From Halocafeteria seosinensis (Eukaryota): a stretch of 64,000 bases of DNA. Both the position numbers and the translations under genes were made by a program. Below, one piece after another: positions 13,234-26,435 of this stretch. The stretch is from contig LVLI01000150.1 of assembly GCA_001687465.1 (NCBI GenBank), positions 1 through 64,000 on the forward strand, written 5' to 3'. Each line of letters opens with the position of its first letter. The stretch's first letter is position 1. The notes beneath the pieces are model-generated. The model was given only the letters and a program-made list of their open reading frames with translations. It was not told the origin of the DNA and ran no database searches.

Positions 13234-16200
13234 TCATTCCTCAAGTGGCTGGTAACTGGGGCTATGTACCAATTCAATGGATACGCCTTCCTCATACGTA
13301 TACCAATCTGTGTTACTCAATTCATTCGGTGTCTCCTCAATGGGCGGCCTTGGAGAAGACGTTCCCTCTTTGTGCCTCACCCGACGCGCACACTTAAGTA
13401 CCTGTCCGACGGTTCTCGTCGTAATCGTTGTGTTGCCATAGTTGGTCGTCGATGCGTCCGGTATCTTGATGTCTTGTCTTGTTCCAAATTCAATTCTGTC
13501 TAATACTTTGCGGAAATCTTCAAGCTTTTCTTCGCTGGACAACACACGTATCTCTTGCAACACGTGGGTAAGAGTTCGAAAGTGATAACGGGAAATCGAC
13601 TTGGATAGGAACGCCCGTAAAGAGCATATCCCAGAGACAAGAATGATACTAAAATAGAAAGCTGGTGAACCAAAAAGACGATTGTATCCCTCGACCGGTA
13701 AGTCGTTTTGCCACCATAGACCAAATATGTAGCACATGGGTATCCAAACAAGCACACCTGCAGCAAACGCTAGCTGGGTAAACCATGCATGCAACTGGAA
13801 CTCAAACGCGAGTCGAATATTCACAACGACGACGACATTGGTAAAGACAACTGTCCCTAAACTGAAGATGAACAAGGACTCGCCATTGTCACCGTAATGA
13901 ACTCCGTACGTGCAACCATAAAATATCACCAACGCTTCAAATAGCCCACCTCCAAACCAAAGTGCGAACCTTCTTGAATTGAGCAGAGACCCACCGGTGC
14001 TAGATCGGTAGACTTCTGGAAACTTGAGCAACGTTTCTGAGTCTAACTGCTGATCCAAAATAGCAAATATCAAAATCGGCAATCCTGTATATATCAAGTT
14101 GTAAGTCTGTGTACCGTATTCGACGTAAAATTTCTGTCCACTCCAGCCGTTATAGAGGCTATACCAAAATTGAGCAATGACGAAGACAAGGTTCTTATAG
14201 AACATGTAGAGAACCAGCATTGACATACGTCTGTAGTTCCATTGCCCATGCACCAAGAGTAGTCTTTGCAGGAACCTAAACTGCCCAAAGCTGAAGTCGG
14301 ATGCGTTTGAAGCTTGTACGCCCTCTTTTCCGCTTATTCCCACGCCGACATGGGCAGCGCGTATCATGTTTACGTCGTTTGCACCGTCACCAATAGCGAG
14401 GGTACGGAAATTACAAAACCCATTTCGCACTAGTTGAACGATAGCAGCCTTTTGATCCGGCCTGGTGCGGCAGCAAATTACAGCTTTTGCCGATGCACCA
14501 ACAAGCAGTAGATCTTGAGCGCGTTTCCGTCCTATATCGAAGTCAGAGGTGGGATCTCGGTGGACGTTATCCTCGTCCACATGCATCCCCAATAGAGAAT
14601 CAATGGCCTTATCATCAAGAATGAGAGCAAAATTGCCCGATATCAGTCCTTGATCACGCTGATGCTCTAAACAGTTAGACTCTAAACCCATATCTTGTTG
14701 GTATCCTGGGACAAACCGTCCTCCTAATAGCTGCTCTTTTAGATTCGCGATGTTGAGAGCCTTATCGCTACAGAGAGCATTCGACTGCTTTGGATGTTCC
14801 TCTAAACATCGCCTCAATATATCCGCAGTTTCACTGACGGTACGAGCTGACTCTTCACCCTGTTTGCCTGCAGCAACAACTTGGTACATGGTTTCATCAA
14901 GCAGATATGTGGCGTATCCAATGTTACTAGCCGTCTCTTGCTTGTCACCTGTAAGCATCCATATCCTAATGCCCCCTTGCGAAAGCAACGACATAGTCTC
15001 CGGTACACCCTCTTGTAATTTATCTTCGTTAGCAGTCGCGCCCTGCAAAATCAAGTCCTGCTCCATGATCTCCATCAATTTCTCAATGTCATTGGGTTGC
15101 TTTTCACTCATTAGAGCTCTTTGCTGGATGCTTTCACATGCAGCCGCATATCTTTGACTCCAGACATTGTATTCATCTGGCGTAATATCTTTGAAAGCGA
15201 AGCAAAGGGTCCTGAGACCGTCATTACCCCATTCAGCTATCATCTGGCTCGTCTTTTCCCTAGATCGTCGTTCTGCGGGATCAGTTGTGGGGCGTAAGCG
15301 CTCAAATATTACACTATCGGCTCCTTTGCAATACAAGGTTATCCTCCCATTGGGATGCTGTACAAGAACGCTCATACGTTTGCGTTCCTGGGTATAGTCC
15401 AAAACGTGCAAAACTTCGTACGCACTCTCAGACGTGCACAAATCATTCTCTTTCTGTGGAGGTTTCGTAGCGCCCGACAAACAAGATAAACGCGAAATGG
15501 AAGGAACGCGGAGTAACCCATTACTGGTTTGCCTTAGAGTAAGAACGCCGTTGACGCGACTGGTGAGACAATAACCAAAGTGCGTACATGCGTAAACAAA
15601 CGCCTGTTCATCCGGACTGGACCCTGAAAATCGTTTCCCAAGTTCCCGCCCCCCCTCGTCTCTGATTGTCTCCACGATGACAGTATGATTAACGGAAAGG
15701 TGAAGCAACATCTCTCGTATATGCTCTCCCTGGTGCCAGAGGGTGCTACCATCAGAAGCATAAGCATACGGATCCCTCGGCTTCTCAGGTGATGTGTCGT
15801 CGCAACTCAGATCTTGAGAGTCGAGGGCCAACGAATTTGTAGAATCTGTGTCGGTATCACAAAAGTTGACATGAGGAGTCCCTGACAAACCGCACGAGCG
15901 CTGCAACTCGAAAATTCTCTGTGCAGAGTCCGCTTCCTCTTCGCGACCCTCTCGTCTCCGGCGGTGGATACCTATTGACGTTGTTCCATTCCCATAAGCT
16001 ATGCCGTTCGCCATAAATTTACGGAATTCCATATGATTTGAGGTCATAGTCCCTGTTTTGTCACTAAAAATATGCGTTATTTGCCCAATATCATCATTGA
16101 GCTCCATCGAGCGGACTTTGAACGGTATTTCGCGCGAGGCCATCTCTCCAGGATGCCGCGAGGGCGCGGAGTGTAAATCGGTCGAAAGCAAGTCATTATC

Positions 16201-17865
16201 TTCTAATACCCTGTATTGCATTTCTTTATCAAGTTCCATAAGTGTCATTTGAAATGTCCTTGCAAGCCGCATGGTCACATAAAGCGATATTGGGATAAAC
16301 TGAGAGTTAAGAAGGAAGAACGTCAACGTCGTTAGTACCCATTTCCCGAAAGATATATGCGGAAGCTCCAAAAAGATACGAAGTCCCCGCTCGCCTTTTT
16401 CATCAAGTGTCCACAGAGCATTACCCGCCGAGCCAAAACCACAGAGAAAGAGCAAAAACATCGCTGCGAAAACGACTATACGATTCGTCGCTTCTTCAGT
16501 TTGGGCTTTCTTTCGGTTTACAGACGTCTGCTTCACTCTCGACTTCGTTTCGTCTCCCGTGTATACAGCCATAGCGTACACGTAGTCAACACTGCGGACA
16601 ATACAACCTCGAAGAATGGTTTGATCTGCCGTTAAGGGAATAGAATTCTCGACACTCTCTCCGAACTCTACATGGTTCCCAGTCCTTGCTTTAGAATATA
16701 GCGTCATCGAGCCAACGAACTTTTCAAATACCGCTGTTGGTTGTTCGCATTCAATGCTCCCCCGATATCCCCCACAAGCCCTGTCGTCCTGAAAGATCTC
16801 CATCGTACGATACGAGGCTTGGCGAAGCTTTAGATTTGTCTCTCCGTCCAACTGGGCCGTCTCAACGTAGCAGATGTCACGTTCCTCAAAGTCATGAGAG
16901 TATGCAGATAGCAGAACACAGTCGGCCGGGATCGTTTCATCTCTTCGTATCTTCAGAATATCTCCCACAATAACATCCTCCCAGCAAGTTGACACAAAGC
17001 GTCCTTTTCTGTTAACCAAACCTGATGAATCAAGAATGTGGCAATGTCGGCGAAAGGTTTAAGCAATATGTATATTCGATTGACCTTACATTCGCAGCTG
17101 TTGTTTAATTTATCGTCCCTGTGCCGCTTGTAGTCCTCCCGTACTGTCACAATTCCGTCAAACAACAAGACAAACGAAAGAGCCTGCAAAAGAAGACTTG
17201 TACTTTCCGATAAAGCACGGAAACGGATCAAACAATTCTCCGATAAATAGCTGAGCACATACCAGAGACTGCGTAGGAATGCCTCCTGTAATTGAAATCG
17301 CCGGTATAGTCTGAAGCACGCAAATAGCCAGGAAAAATGCATTCGCAAAGCGCGAAAATTGCTCAAACAGATAGATCTGCAACACATTTAGACCACAATC
17401 AGAGTGTACAAATGTATTCAGCAGACTACTCCACCTACTGGAAGAAACGTCAAGGGCGTATACTTTGCGCTGCGCTCTCAAAATCAAACGTCGATGAACC
17501 CCTGGGGGCGAGGGGGATACGCAATGCTTGGCTAGTGAAGCCTACACGTACGTGACCACTTTATTCGAGCAGAATAGTTCCTGGTTTTCTTCCCTCTGTT
17601 CGTCCGACCAACTGGTGGACTGAATAATACGGAACCCTTCCTTATTGTTGCTGCTGCTCCGATGACCTCCACGATTGTGACTTTCCGAGCGGTCTTCCGT
17701 CTCTGCACGGGACATGCGCGTAAGGGCCTCGTTATACTGCCAAAGACAAGGTCAAACTGCAACGCCGGCTGCATTGCTCGTACCGCTTGGTTCCCGTCGT
17801 TCTTGGTCCGAGAGAAGAGTATGCCGCAGGGCAGCTTCCTCGTCCCTTCCTGTCTGGCCGCTCAT
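13234..17865 (-). CDS. P4-type ATPase (phospholipid flippase); several short 5' exons, long last exon ~17021-13234
   Basis: LFEQFSRFANAFFL, LDGETNLK, IPISLYV (P4 PISL), FSDKTGT phosphorylation site, TGDKQETA, IGDGANDV and C-terminal TM helices. 5' exon boundaries approximate. Confidence 0.95.
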
Positions 17866-18585
17866 CCTTCTGGTTGGTATTAATTATCGTTGGATCACCG
17901 CCGTACCGTACATACAGACAGAAACAAGCCCCCGTTCTCTAGTGAGTCCACTACTATGGTATAACCAGTGCTATTATAATCAACTGGTAGCAGCAATGGC
18001 GCCGGCTGAAATTACGAACACGGCACTATGAAGATGCATTGCCCTCTTCCAACAAACAGACGCCGCTACACACATACTGGATGGACGAAGCAAAAGCTGA
18101 TATTTTTCCCCAACTTCCTTTCCGATACATGTCACATCGACTCAAATACGAAATATGTGTAATGGATTCCGCCGGACTCACGGCCATTCACATCGGTATC
18201 AACCAGTCCAGGATCACAATGCGGGACCCTTCCCAGTTCGGCACATACAGACAAAGCAGCGAAACACCGAACATAACAGTCGACGCATATTACATGGCGA
18301 CCTTGATGGTATGATTGGAATCTCATGAAGTAGTATATTGATGTCCATATAGACAATTGTTGAAGTTGGGAAATCAGGCTTTGAAAGCCCCATTTCCCAT
18401 AAGTTGAACCTAGCTTTATCCCCTTCCCTGGACTTCCATACTGTGCTAGCAGCTCAAAAGGAAGAGGATCTAGCCTACCCTGCAATGGGAGTCCCGGGTA
18501 GAATTGGAAACATGTTTTTACTTCTGTTCCTCGAAAGTACTTCTAGGGGCCTTGATTCTATCTTCATTGCCGTCCGACGGACGCG

Positions 18586-18648
18586 ACACACACACACAAA
18601 TGTGACAGATAGCCCACCGGCCGGGAAGTTGACCACATCCTCTTAACG
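18586..18648 (-). repeat. 5'-truncated SINE/LINE-like 3' end, copy 3, with 7-bp target-site duplication
   Basis: Reverse complement matches the last ~60 nt of the 3457 and 62352 copies with a (TG)n tail; ACGCGAC on both sides (18581-18587 and 18646-18652). Confidence 0.75.
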
Positions 18649-18668
18649 CGACGGGACTGGACCATCGC

Positions 18669-20136
18669 TTACAGTACTCTTCCGATATTCATCTTGGTGT
18701 CGATGTCACGATATCTCTTCGACCTCCTCAGCACCGGGACCTCTAAAACCTTCATATTCTCGGAAGGAGACGCTGCGACGCCCGGTCTGGATATGAGAAA
18801 ATGCTCGTATCGATCCTCAGCTGTACCCCTCCGAAGAAATATTTCTGTGTTTCCTTCTTCGTCGATACAGTATACGACTGCATAGAAAACTTGTACTGGA
18901 GCCGCCATCTTTGGGCTGCTCTTGTGCCCAAGCACCTGTTCCCCAAGCGGTGTTTACAAGAGTTTTCACACGCGTTGTGTTCTTACGATAAGAGCCATGC
19001 AGGATTTTGAGCTCCATCCCAGCTGCCAGAGTGGCGTTAATTCGTATCAGCATGTCTAAACGCAAGTCTGTCCTATCTCCATCAACCAGAACGTACGTTT
19101 CTTCAGCTGTAATGCGGACGTCATCGTGAAACCAGTGAGTCCTCAACTGAACAAGTGTAATGAATTGTGTTTCATATTCGCGAAATGCATCTTTGCAGCC
19201 TTTCCTGGTAAAGTTGTAGATATTCTCACGAGCAAAATACAATTGCCATAGCAGGTGATAGTCGAATGTATTCTCAGAAATCGGTGCACCATGCTCGTTA
19301 GGAATTTGTAATGCGTCGAAAGTGCTGCTATCCAACACCATAGAAAGACGAGCTTTTTTCTTCAGATTCTCTCGTATATCCCCCTCAGCTTGGATAATTT
19401 CAATGGAGGAAGAGGGTACCAAGAGAAATTGCTGTTTCTCTCCCTCGAAGAATTCTAGGTCAATCCTCAGATAGCCAAACTCAAGAAAGAGACGCACAAG
19501 ACTTTCAAACCCAAGTTCTCTGTTATAACATTTTTGAAATGAAACATTCCCAGTAAAAACAACTTCACCTTTTTCGGCCATTTCAAACAGAAGATTCCGA
19601 TGTTCATCCCCCCGGGAGCGAGCCCAATCGGTTTGGGACGTCGGTGCAAGGCCAATGGCATGCAAGAAGTGGTATATATCGCACGGAGCGGCCAATGGTT
19701 CAAGATCCTTGATTTGCTTGTTGGTCTGGCATACGCAAAACTGATGCCCATTGTGCCGAGCTACGAAATACCCCATTACATCATCTTTGCAGTGGGCAAC
19801 ATAGGTATGCAATTGACCGTGGTTCCTTTTTCTTCTTTCAGCCAGGTACGCATCCTCGACTTTCGATTTTCCCAGTGCATCGAGCGCCTTCTTTATTTGG
19901 GAGCTGGTGGTTCCAGCAATTCCATGAAATCGCGGATCACGAACGACGTGGAGCGAATCAAGATATGTCAGCCCAATATCTGCCAGGGACAGCAGGGTGA
20001 CAAGAAACGATGCTCGGATTCTACCGGCGCTGTGCTGAGCTTTTATCGTTTGAGTGAACTTCATAATTTCTCTAAGTTCGTTAGGGCATTTTCCAACGTT
20101 GTGAACACAAATGGGTACTGTACTACTGTAGCTCAA
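18669..20136 (-). pseudogene. Truncated, frameshifted AAA-ATPase-like/PD-(D/E)xK nuclease gene
   Basis: HNGHQF, LFLEFGYL..L.VP, REYETQ and E...DLRLDMLIRINATLAAGMELK follow the layout of the AAA-like + PDDEXK_9 family. No Walker A or ATG start; C-terminus appears to continue in a second frame (18935-18669). Confidence 0.55.
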
Positions 20137-20604
20137 CTCGGAGCATTCTACATGTATGAATGGTGAACTGCAAATGCTACGAAAATGTTGCTCTAACGCT
20201 CAGCTATAACTGATTGACATGCTTGGAAGCGTTTCGACTGAAAAACTGACTCCAAGCAGTTACTGTAGGAACTGAAGGCTTGCCCTCAAAACGGTGCGGC
20301 TGGAGGAGACAAGCCCACATAAAACCACTGAATTATGCCCTCTATTTAAGTGGACGATGATGATGAATTAATCTGAGCTCTTTCCTTCAGGTGATGCAGA
20401 AACTACGGAACAGCTAATTTGCTTGTCTCTACAAACGGAACAGTGGGTCTCTTGAAGAAGATGATTTAAGGAAAACACAAGAGAATACGTGAAAAACTAT
20501 AGGCGAACGATGCTATCGGCCTGGTACAAGTTGGTCTCAGACACGGCGTACAGCTGGAACCAATTGCTACGACACAGCCCCAGGGTGGCAACTGGTAATC
20601 CAAA

Positions 20605-23600
20605 TTACTTATTGTCGTTGACGCCTGCTTGCTTAAAGGATGACCCGATGCGGTTGCTAAACTTCAAACCTTTCTTGCCAGTCTTTTGCTGCTTGGTCGA
20701 TGATTGTGATGTGGGCTTAGTCGATTTGCGCTTTCGTCTGCTGGAGCCAAATGTAGCCAACACATCGTGAATGCCATCATCGTTGGAGTCATCGTCGTCG
20801 TCACTGTCACTACCGTTCTCAGACAAAGCCACACGAGGAATGAACTCGGCGTTATCTGCAGACTCTGTCCTCTCAACAGTTCTATCTCGGGGATCGCCAT
20901 CTTCATTGCCATCGTCATCAAAGTCGAAGATATCCGTGGTATCCTCCTCGATTTCCGTTGAGGTACCGCTCTTCTTGTTGGAGGCGGCGTTTAACTTGGA
21001 ATGCGCACTAAAGCGTAAACGGGCATTCTCTCGCGTGTCAAAATCCTCCGAGGTTTCTTTGGAGGGCCTTTCTGGAGTTCCAAACGTCTTCTGTTTCGCG
21101 CTTGCTTCGGACTGATTCGCTTTGCGGAGCTCTTTCCGAATATCAGCGTATTCAACTAAAGCAAATAATTTACCAAAATGGTCAAGCAAATAGTTACACA
21201 GCTCTTTGATGCGTCGCTGCAGCCTCAATTAGTTAACCCATATTCACTAATTTACGACTTTAGGACCCCAAGCTGAAACATACCGAGGCCATATAATACA
21301 GTAGCTCTACTATAGCAGAGTTAACGAGATTATACCGCGTTATCCCATTTTCAACAAATGTGAACATTAAGTTGTTGATTACCTTGCTTTGAATTACGTG
21401 CCTGCGGAAACCAGGGATGAAACCACTACCCTGCAACATGAAACTGGGACCTTACTAAGCCAGACTCCAACTTACTTGTCATAAAATTCATCTCCTTGAA
21501 GCAAACACGTCCTTACGAACTTCACTCCTACAACTTTAATATACTTCTCGGGATAGTGAAGCAGACGACTAAGCTTCCTCATTAGTTTGTGCCTGGAAGC
21601 CATGCATTTCACTTTGAAGAGTCACAACCCTGTGTGCAATTTAGGCGCATTTAACTTACTTCATGGCAATGTATTTCGCATTCATGGTACTCGTTTTGAC
21701 GAACAATGACAGGATATTAACGATAGATTGCTTACTAGCTTTCGATGCTTGACTCTCGCTACCCAAAAAACTTAGTTGTTGGAGTAACGTGTGCACCTCC
21801 GGAGTAGAAGTTTCTTGGCACTTCACGGTAGATTCACTGGCACCACTCGTCGCTGTTTCTTCGGGAGTTAAATTGGCGTACTCCAAAACGTGATTTGGGT
21901 GTAGCTCCACGGGAGGATGTACATCCGAATGAGTAAATGGCAATAGTATCCATTCGATGTAGCGCTCATAAAACATGACAAAAAACCTCTCACGTAAGGA
22001 GCTGGACTTTGAGTCCAAGACGTTATTCACAGATGGTAAAGGAACCTCCAAAAGATATGTTAATAACTCTTCCGCTTGACGCTGGATTCCAGCGTCGCTG
22101 TCGTCGACGAGCCGCCAAATTACCTTCTGTAGAAGGGTCGACCCAGCAGTCTGCCGAGAGGCTTCACCGTCCACCTGACTCTCCTCATCCTCGAGGGTGC
22201 TCCCAATCAACGAAACTTGGCTTTCATGCCACGGAGCAAACCATTGTCTACCAGGATACATTTCTATGAGACAGCCGTGTTCACCGCCTGCTATCCCTAC
22301 TTCGCCCATAGCTTCCGGGTCGGCAATAGACCGCACATCCTCCCCAGGATCAAAGGTTCGCAAATTTGCCCTAAATATAGAAGAACTGGCTTCGCTCTTA
22401 CCACAGCTAGCTGAAGTCTGGTTCCCGCCAGCGTTTGTATCTATTGCTTTTTCTTCCTTACGCTGTGACTCGCTACCTGGGGTAGTCGCTGTGCGTCTCC
22501 CGAGTTGAGCATCTTCTTTGAGCATGAACTCGCGTATTATATCCGGATGCGTATCGGCAACTAACTGCAGCACCTCTAGCGCCGCCACAATCTCTTCTGT
22601 TGACGCCGATGGATCTCCCAACGGTCCCTCAAAAATATCAAAAAACGGGTCACCTTGGTCTATGATCATCCTGTCATGAAAATTTCACAAATACATTGGA
22701 CACAAGTTGCACTCAATACAGATTCAGATAGATATCTCTTACTGTGTAGTGTCATCTTTAGGAAAAGTGCGACGGGCGGTATTCATAAATTCCCGCAAAA
22801 ACAGCATCCCGTCCTTCGGGGATCGTGAAGGAGGTGGAGATGACGAGGTACGCGTTCCATCGCCTGATCCACCCTCTTCGTGTTCATCAAATGAGCAATG
22901 GTTAGCTTGCTTACTGTCCTTCGAACCTGCACTACGGCTCATCGGTAACTCCTCCATTGTCTCCGACTTCCCGGACCATGCGGCAGAAGTTACAGGGTAA
23001 ATGGGAGAAGGGGGGCTAAGCGGGCGAGCGTGTCGACTCCAAATCCGGTTGGCACCAGACATGTGCGAACACGGAGACTGTGGAAGGTCGGTTTCGGTGT
23101 CAGAGTCTTCGGGCCTGGGAGTACCCGACCAGCTGCGATGACGGCTCCTGCTTAAATCTACGCTTTTGTTCTGCGTGAGACATTAGAACAAATAATTATA
23201 TTAGACTCACGTACCAACAACAAAAAACACGTACCAAGGAGTTACTTTGAGAGGCATATTTTTTCATTGAATTGCGCGGTTTTCGCATAACGCTAAAGTA
23301 ATCCGTCCAGAATTCATCGCTATTCACGAGATAGCGAACAACTTCAGATTGGTTCATAGTAATTGAGTTTGTAAGAGTCGCATGCAGTGGGTCATCAATT
23401 GGCCTTGGAACAAGTACATCTGGATGGACAAGAACGAGGTATAGTGGCGAACACGGATGGAAACAAATGAAGAGCTCACCTACCTCTTAGAAACTGCAAT
23501 CGAAATGAACGATGGATAAGCTCCACTATTTTTTCATCTTCAATAGGCACAACCTGACGAAAAGCAACCTGCTGCCGAATAAAATGGCGATGGCGTGGCC

Positions 23601-25482
23601 GCAGCTGACCTGCTCGCCCTCCAGCAAGTCCAGGGCTTCGTGTGTGAGAGAATGAATCACTCCTATGCCTTAGACGTCGAGGTGAAACATTATTGCTCGC
23701 GTGTGGCGACCGGATAGATGACGGACTACACTCTCCACTTTGGTGAGGGGTGATGCCTTCAGGATAATGGACCTCCATTTCTTTCGCGGAAGGTTGCCGA
23801 CCGATATCCGTGGTATCCAGAGCCGATGGGTATGTATTCAAGATATCCGACGGACGAGATTTGTCTCTAGTTTGTTGTTGATGCACTTGCGCAGCAACTG
23901 ACGAGTTAGGATCATACTCAAAGGAAGCTAGAACTGTGTCAAAGAAATCGTCTGACACGAGAGCGTCGTGAAGCTTTTCATCATTCAAAAGGACTGCGGT
24001 CCACAACATGCCACAACAGAGCCATTCTTAGTGTAGGTCTCAAAATGTTGCTTACCTAGACCCTTTACTATGCGATGCATAGCAAGTAAACCATCGCTAT
24101 CCCCTTTCTCCTCTATTTCGTTCATGGTGCGCGAAAGGTGATCTAAATACTGGTACTCTTCACGGCAAATAGTTTCCAGCGCCTTTTCTCGCAGATGTAC
24201 AAATTGGTCCGCCTCACCAAGTGTGTCAGCTATTTGATTGAGAATCTTCGGGTCTGCAGCTGGATCTGACAAAGTGCTAGATGCTGCACCGAGACAGTAA
24301 CAATGGTTGAGGCAACACAGTAAACAGCTGGACATTGACAAGAATGTAGAACTTACCGTTGGTTTCGTACGTGGCGCTAGCGGTGTCGGTATTCGTTGAC
24401 CCTCGACTAGGAGATCGATCATCATCTTCATCATTCCCAGCACCTAGCGGTTTTCGAAGTTCCTCGGCCGCACTCGGATGCTCTACAGCAAACGATGTCC
24501 CTGACAAGGACGCCTTCCCGCTCGTGGCGCTGCCCTTGTTTTGAACAGCCTCCTCCAACCCTTGGGCCAAGGAATCGCTAAGCGAGTGAGCTGGCTCTTG
24601 ACTATAGTCTCGATCGGTGTTCTTATTTTGAGAATTCACAGCGCTCCAAATTGCAGTGCACCCTTTCTCGTATTGGAAGCACAGTGCATACTCTGCTTTC
24701 GTCCGAGGGTCCTCAACTGTGAGTACTGTAGAGTCTTGGCGATGATATAATTCCTCATGCTCCGCCGATATTTTGAAAAAGACTTGCCCATCTTCCACAT
24801 CCCTAGCGACTAGCTTTTGAACGAGCCGCGTCTTTGACCGAGCATCGGCGTTGGGTTTATTGCCACTGGACTGTTTCTTCTTCGTTCTTTTGTATTTGGA
24901 TTCAAGTAGCACGTATCCTTCAGACATTCGATCCCACTGTCCATCGTCCTTCAGCTTGTATATAACTGCTCGATATCCATTCTCTGTAAAATCTTCCTTG
25001 GGAGTTGGTACGGTAGCCGACGTTGAAGAGCATGCCTCGAGATCCTCGTCGTCTTCCACCTGGACATCCTCCTGCTCCATTCCCCTGCTATTATCCTGTG
25101 TATTGGAAACTTGTGGTCCTTCCCATACACGCTGCGGTGGCGTTTTGACGTTGTCCCTATCCTCTTCCTCCTCCAGAACACCCGAGTAGTGTTGGGGATT
25201 GCGTATCGAGACCAAGAGGGCTGCCTCTTCGGGTGCCGCTCTGGATATATGCTGGTCCTCTTCCGACGAGGAACTCATCGTATTCGATGCATATTGAGTG
25301 GATGCAAACGTGGCGGCACTTGGGACAGGAATAGGAGCGCCTATGTCATCATGCCAAGTTGAATTCCTCGTTTCTCCTGCGCTCGATCCATTAGATGCCA
25401 CTGCAGCAGTGCTATGCAGGGTCTCCACAGGCTGAGCTTGAGTAGTACTACTCGTGGATGACGTAATAGACCCACCAGACAT
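20605..25482 (-). CDS. PPP4R3: Protein phosphatase 4 regulatory subunit 3 (SMEK/Psy2), multi-exon
   Basis: EVH1-like YRAVIYKLKDDGQWD...YHRQDSTVL...YALCFQYEKGCTAIW; SMK-1 region FEYDP...HRHFIRQQVAFRQVVPIED..IHRSFRLQFLR; acidic C-terminal tail. Confidence 0.9.
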
Positions 25483-26435
25483 TATATACAGGCAATGAGA
25501 GCCCACAAGGACTTGCTTGATGGACGCTGAATTCCCGTGCTGTTTCAACTCCAACTTCAAAATTCTCGAGTTCCTGGGCGGACTCTCCACCAAACTCCTC
25601 TTTCTTTTCAGCTAATAAACTGCATGCTGAAAAGTTCCCTCATGTACATACAAAACGTACGCTCGGCGTGCTGACAGCAATGGCGAGACTAGGTGGTGGA
25701 GCGAGCAATCTTTTCTGATAGTTACGGGAGAGGAATCAAGGTGGCCACTGGTCACGCATATCAGTGTTGTGACATCACATTGTTGTGCAACGAAGTATGA
25801 TATGCATGCACGTAGATCTGTCGTGTTAATTTTCCTACATTATGGCGTTGAAGTGGGTAAGTGTGTGTGTGGGTGGGTCAACACTCCCCACCTGTTAACC
25901 ATTTGGAACAGTGCTACAGGGTCTACTTCCCAGAGTTCCAATAAAGTGAAAGTTCCAACCAACCCTCATTCTCTTTAAGTTTGTTATCGGAAATACTGCA
26001 GCACCCCTATACATAGAATGAGAGGTATAGGTCACTCATTTGCCATGCTGAGTTTGACTTTCCCCGTGTGTAGTAGTGTTCAAATGAATTTTCAATGAAT
26101 TTTGTACCTCACCTGCTAAGTCGTAGAGCGAGCATTCACGCTCGGAAAACTACTATTGCTTGTATGAGATATCACGTAGGCACCTCCGCGAAGTGAGGCC
26201 AATACATGTAATTGTGGCCTCGTTGTAGTTGAAGTGACACGCATCACTCCTGCCACGTCTAAATCGATTCAGCACGCTGTACAATGTGTCATTGTTATTC
26301 ATGTTTGCCCGTAGCGTAGCAGAGAGTAAATATTCGTGCTCTTTTCCATTCATGAGACAAAGCTTCCCTCCGTTGCTGTTGTCACGCACAGACACCGTCT
26401 CTGCACGTTGAAGTTGGGATCACGGGGATATAGCC

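Noticed and set aside
17960..18400. Weak similarity (GAG*NYE) to the 49.9-50.1 kb pseudogene
   Set aside because: Too short and too interrupted to support.
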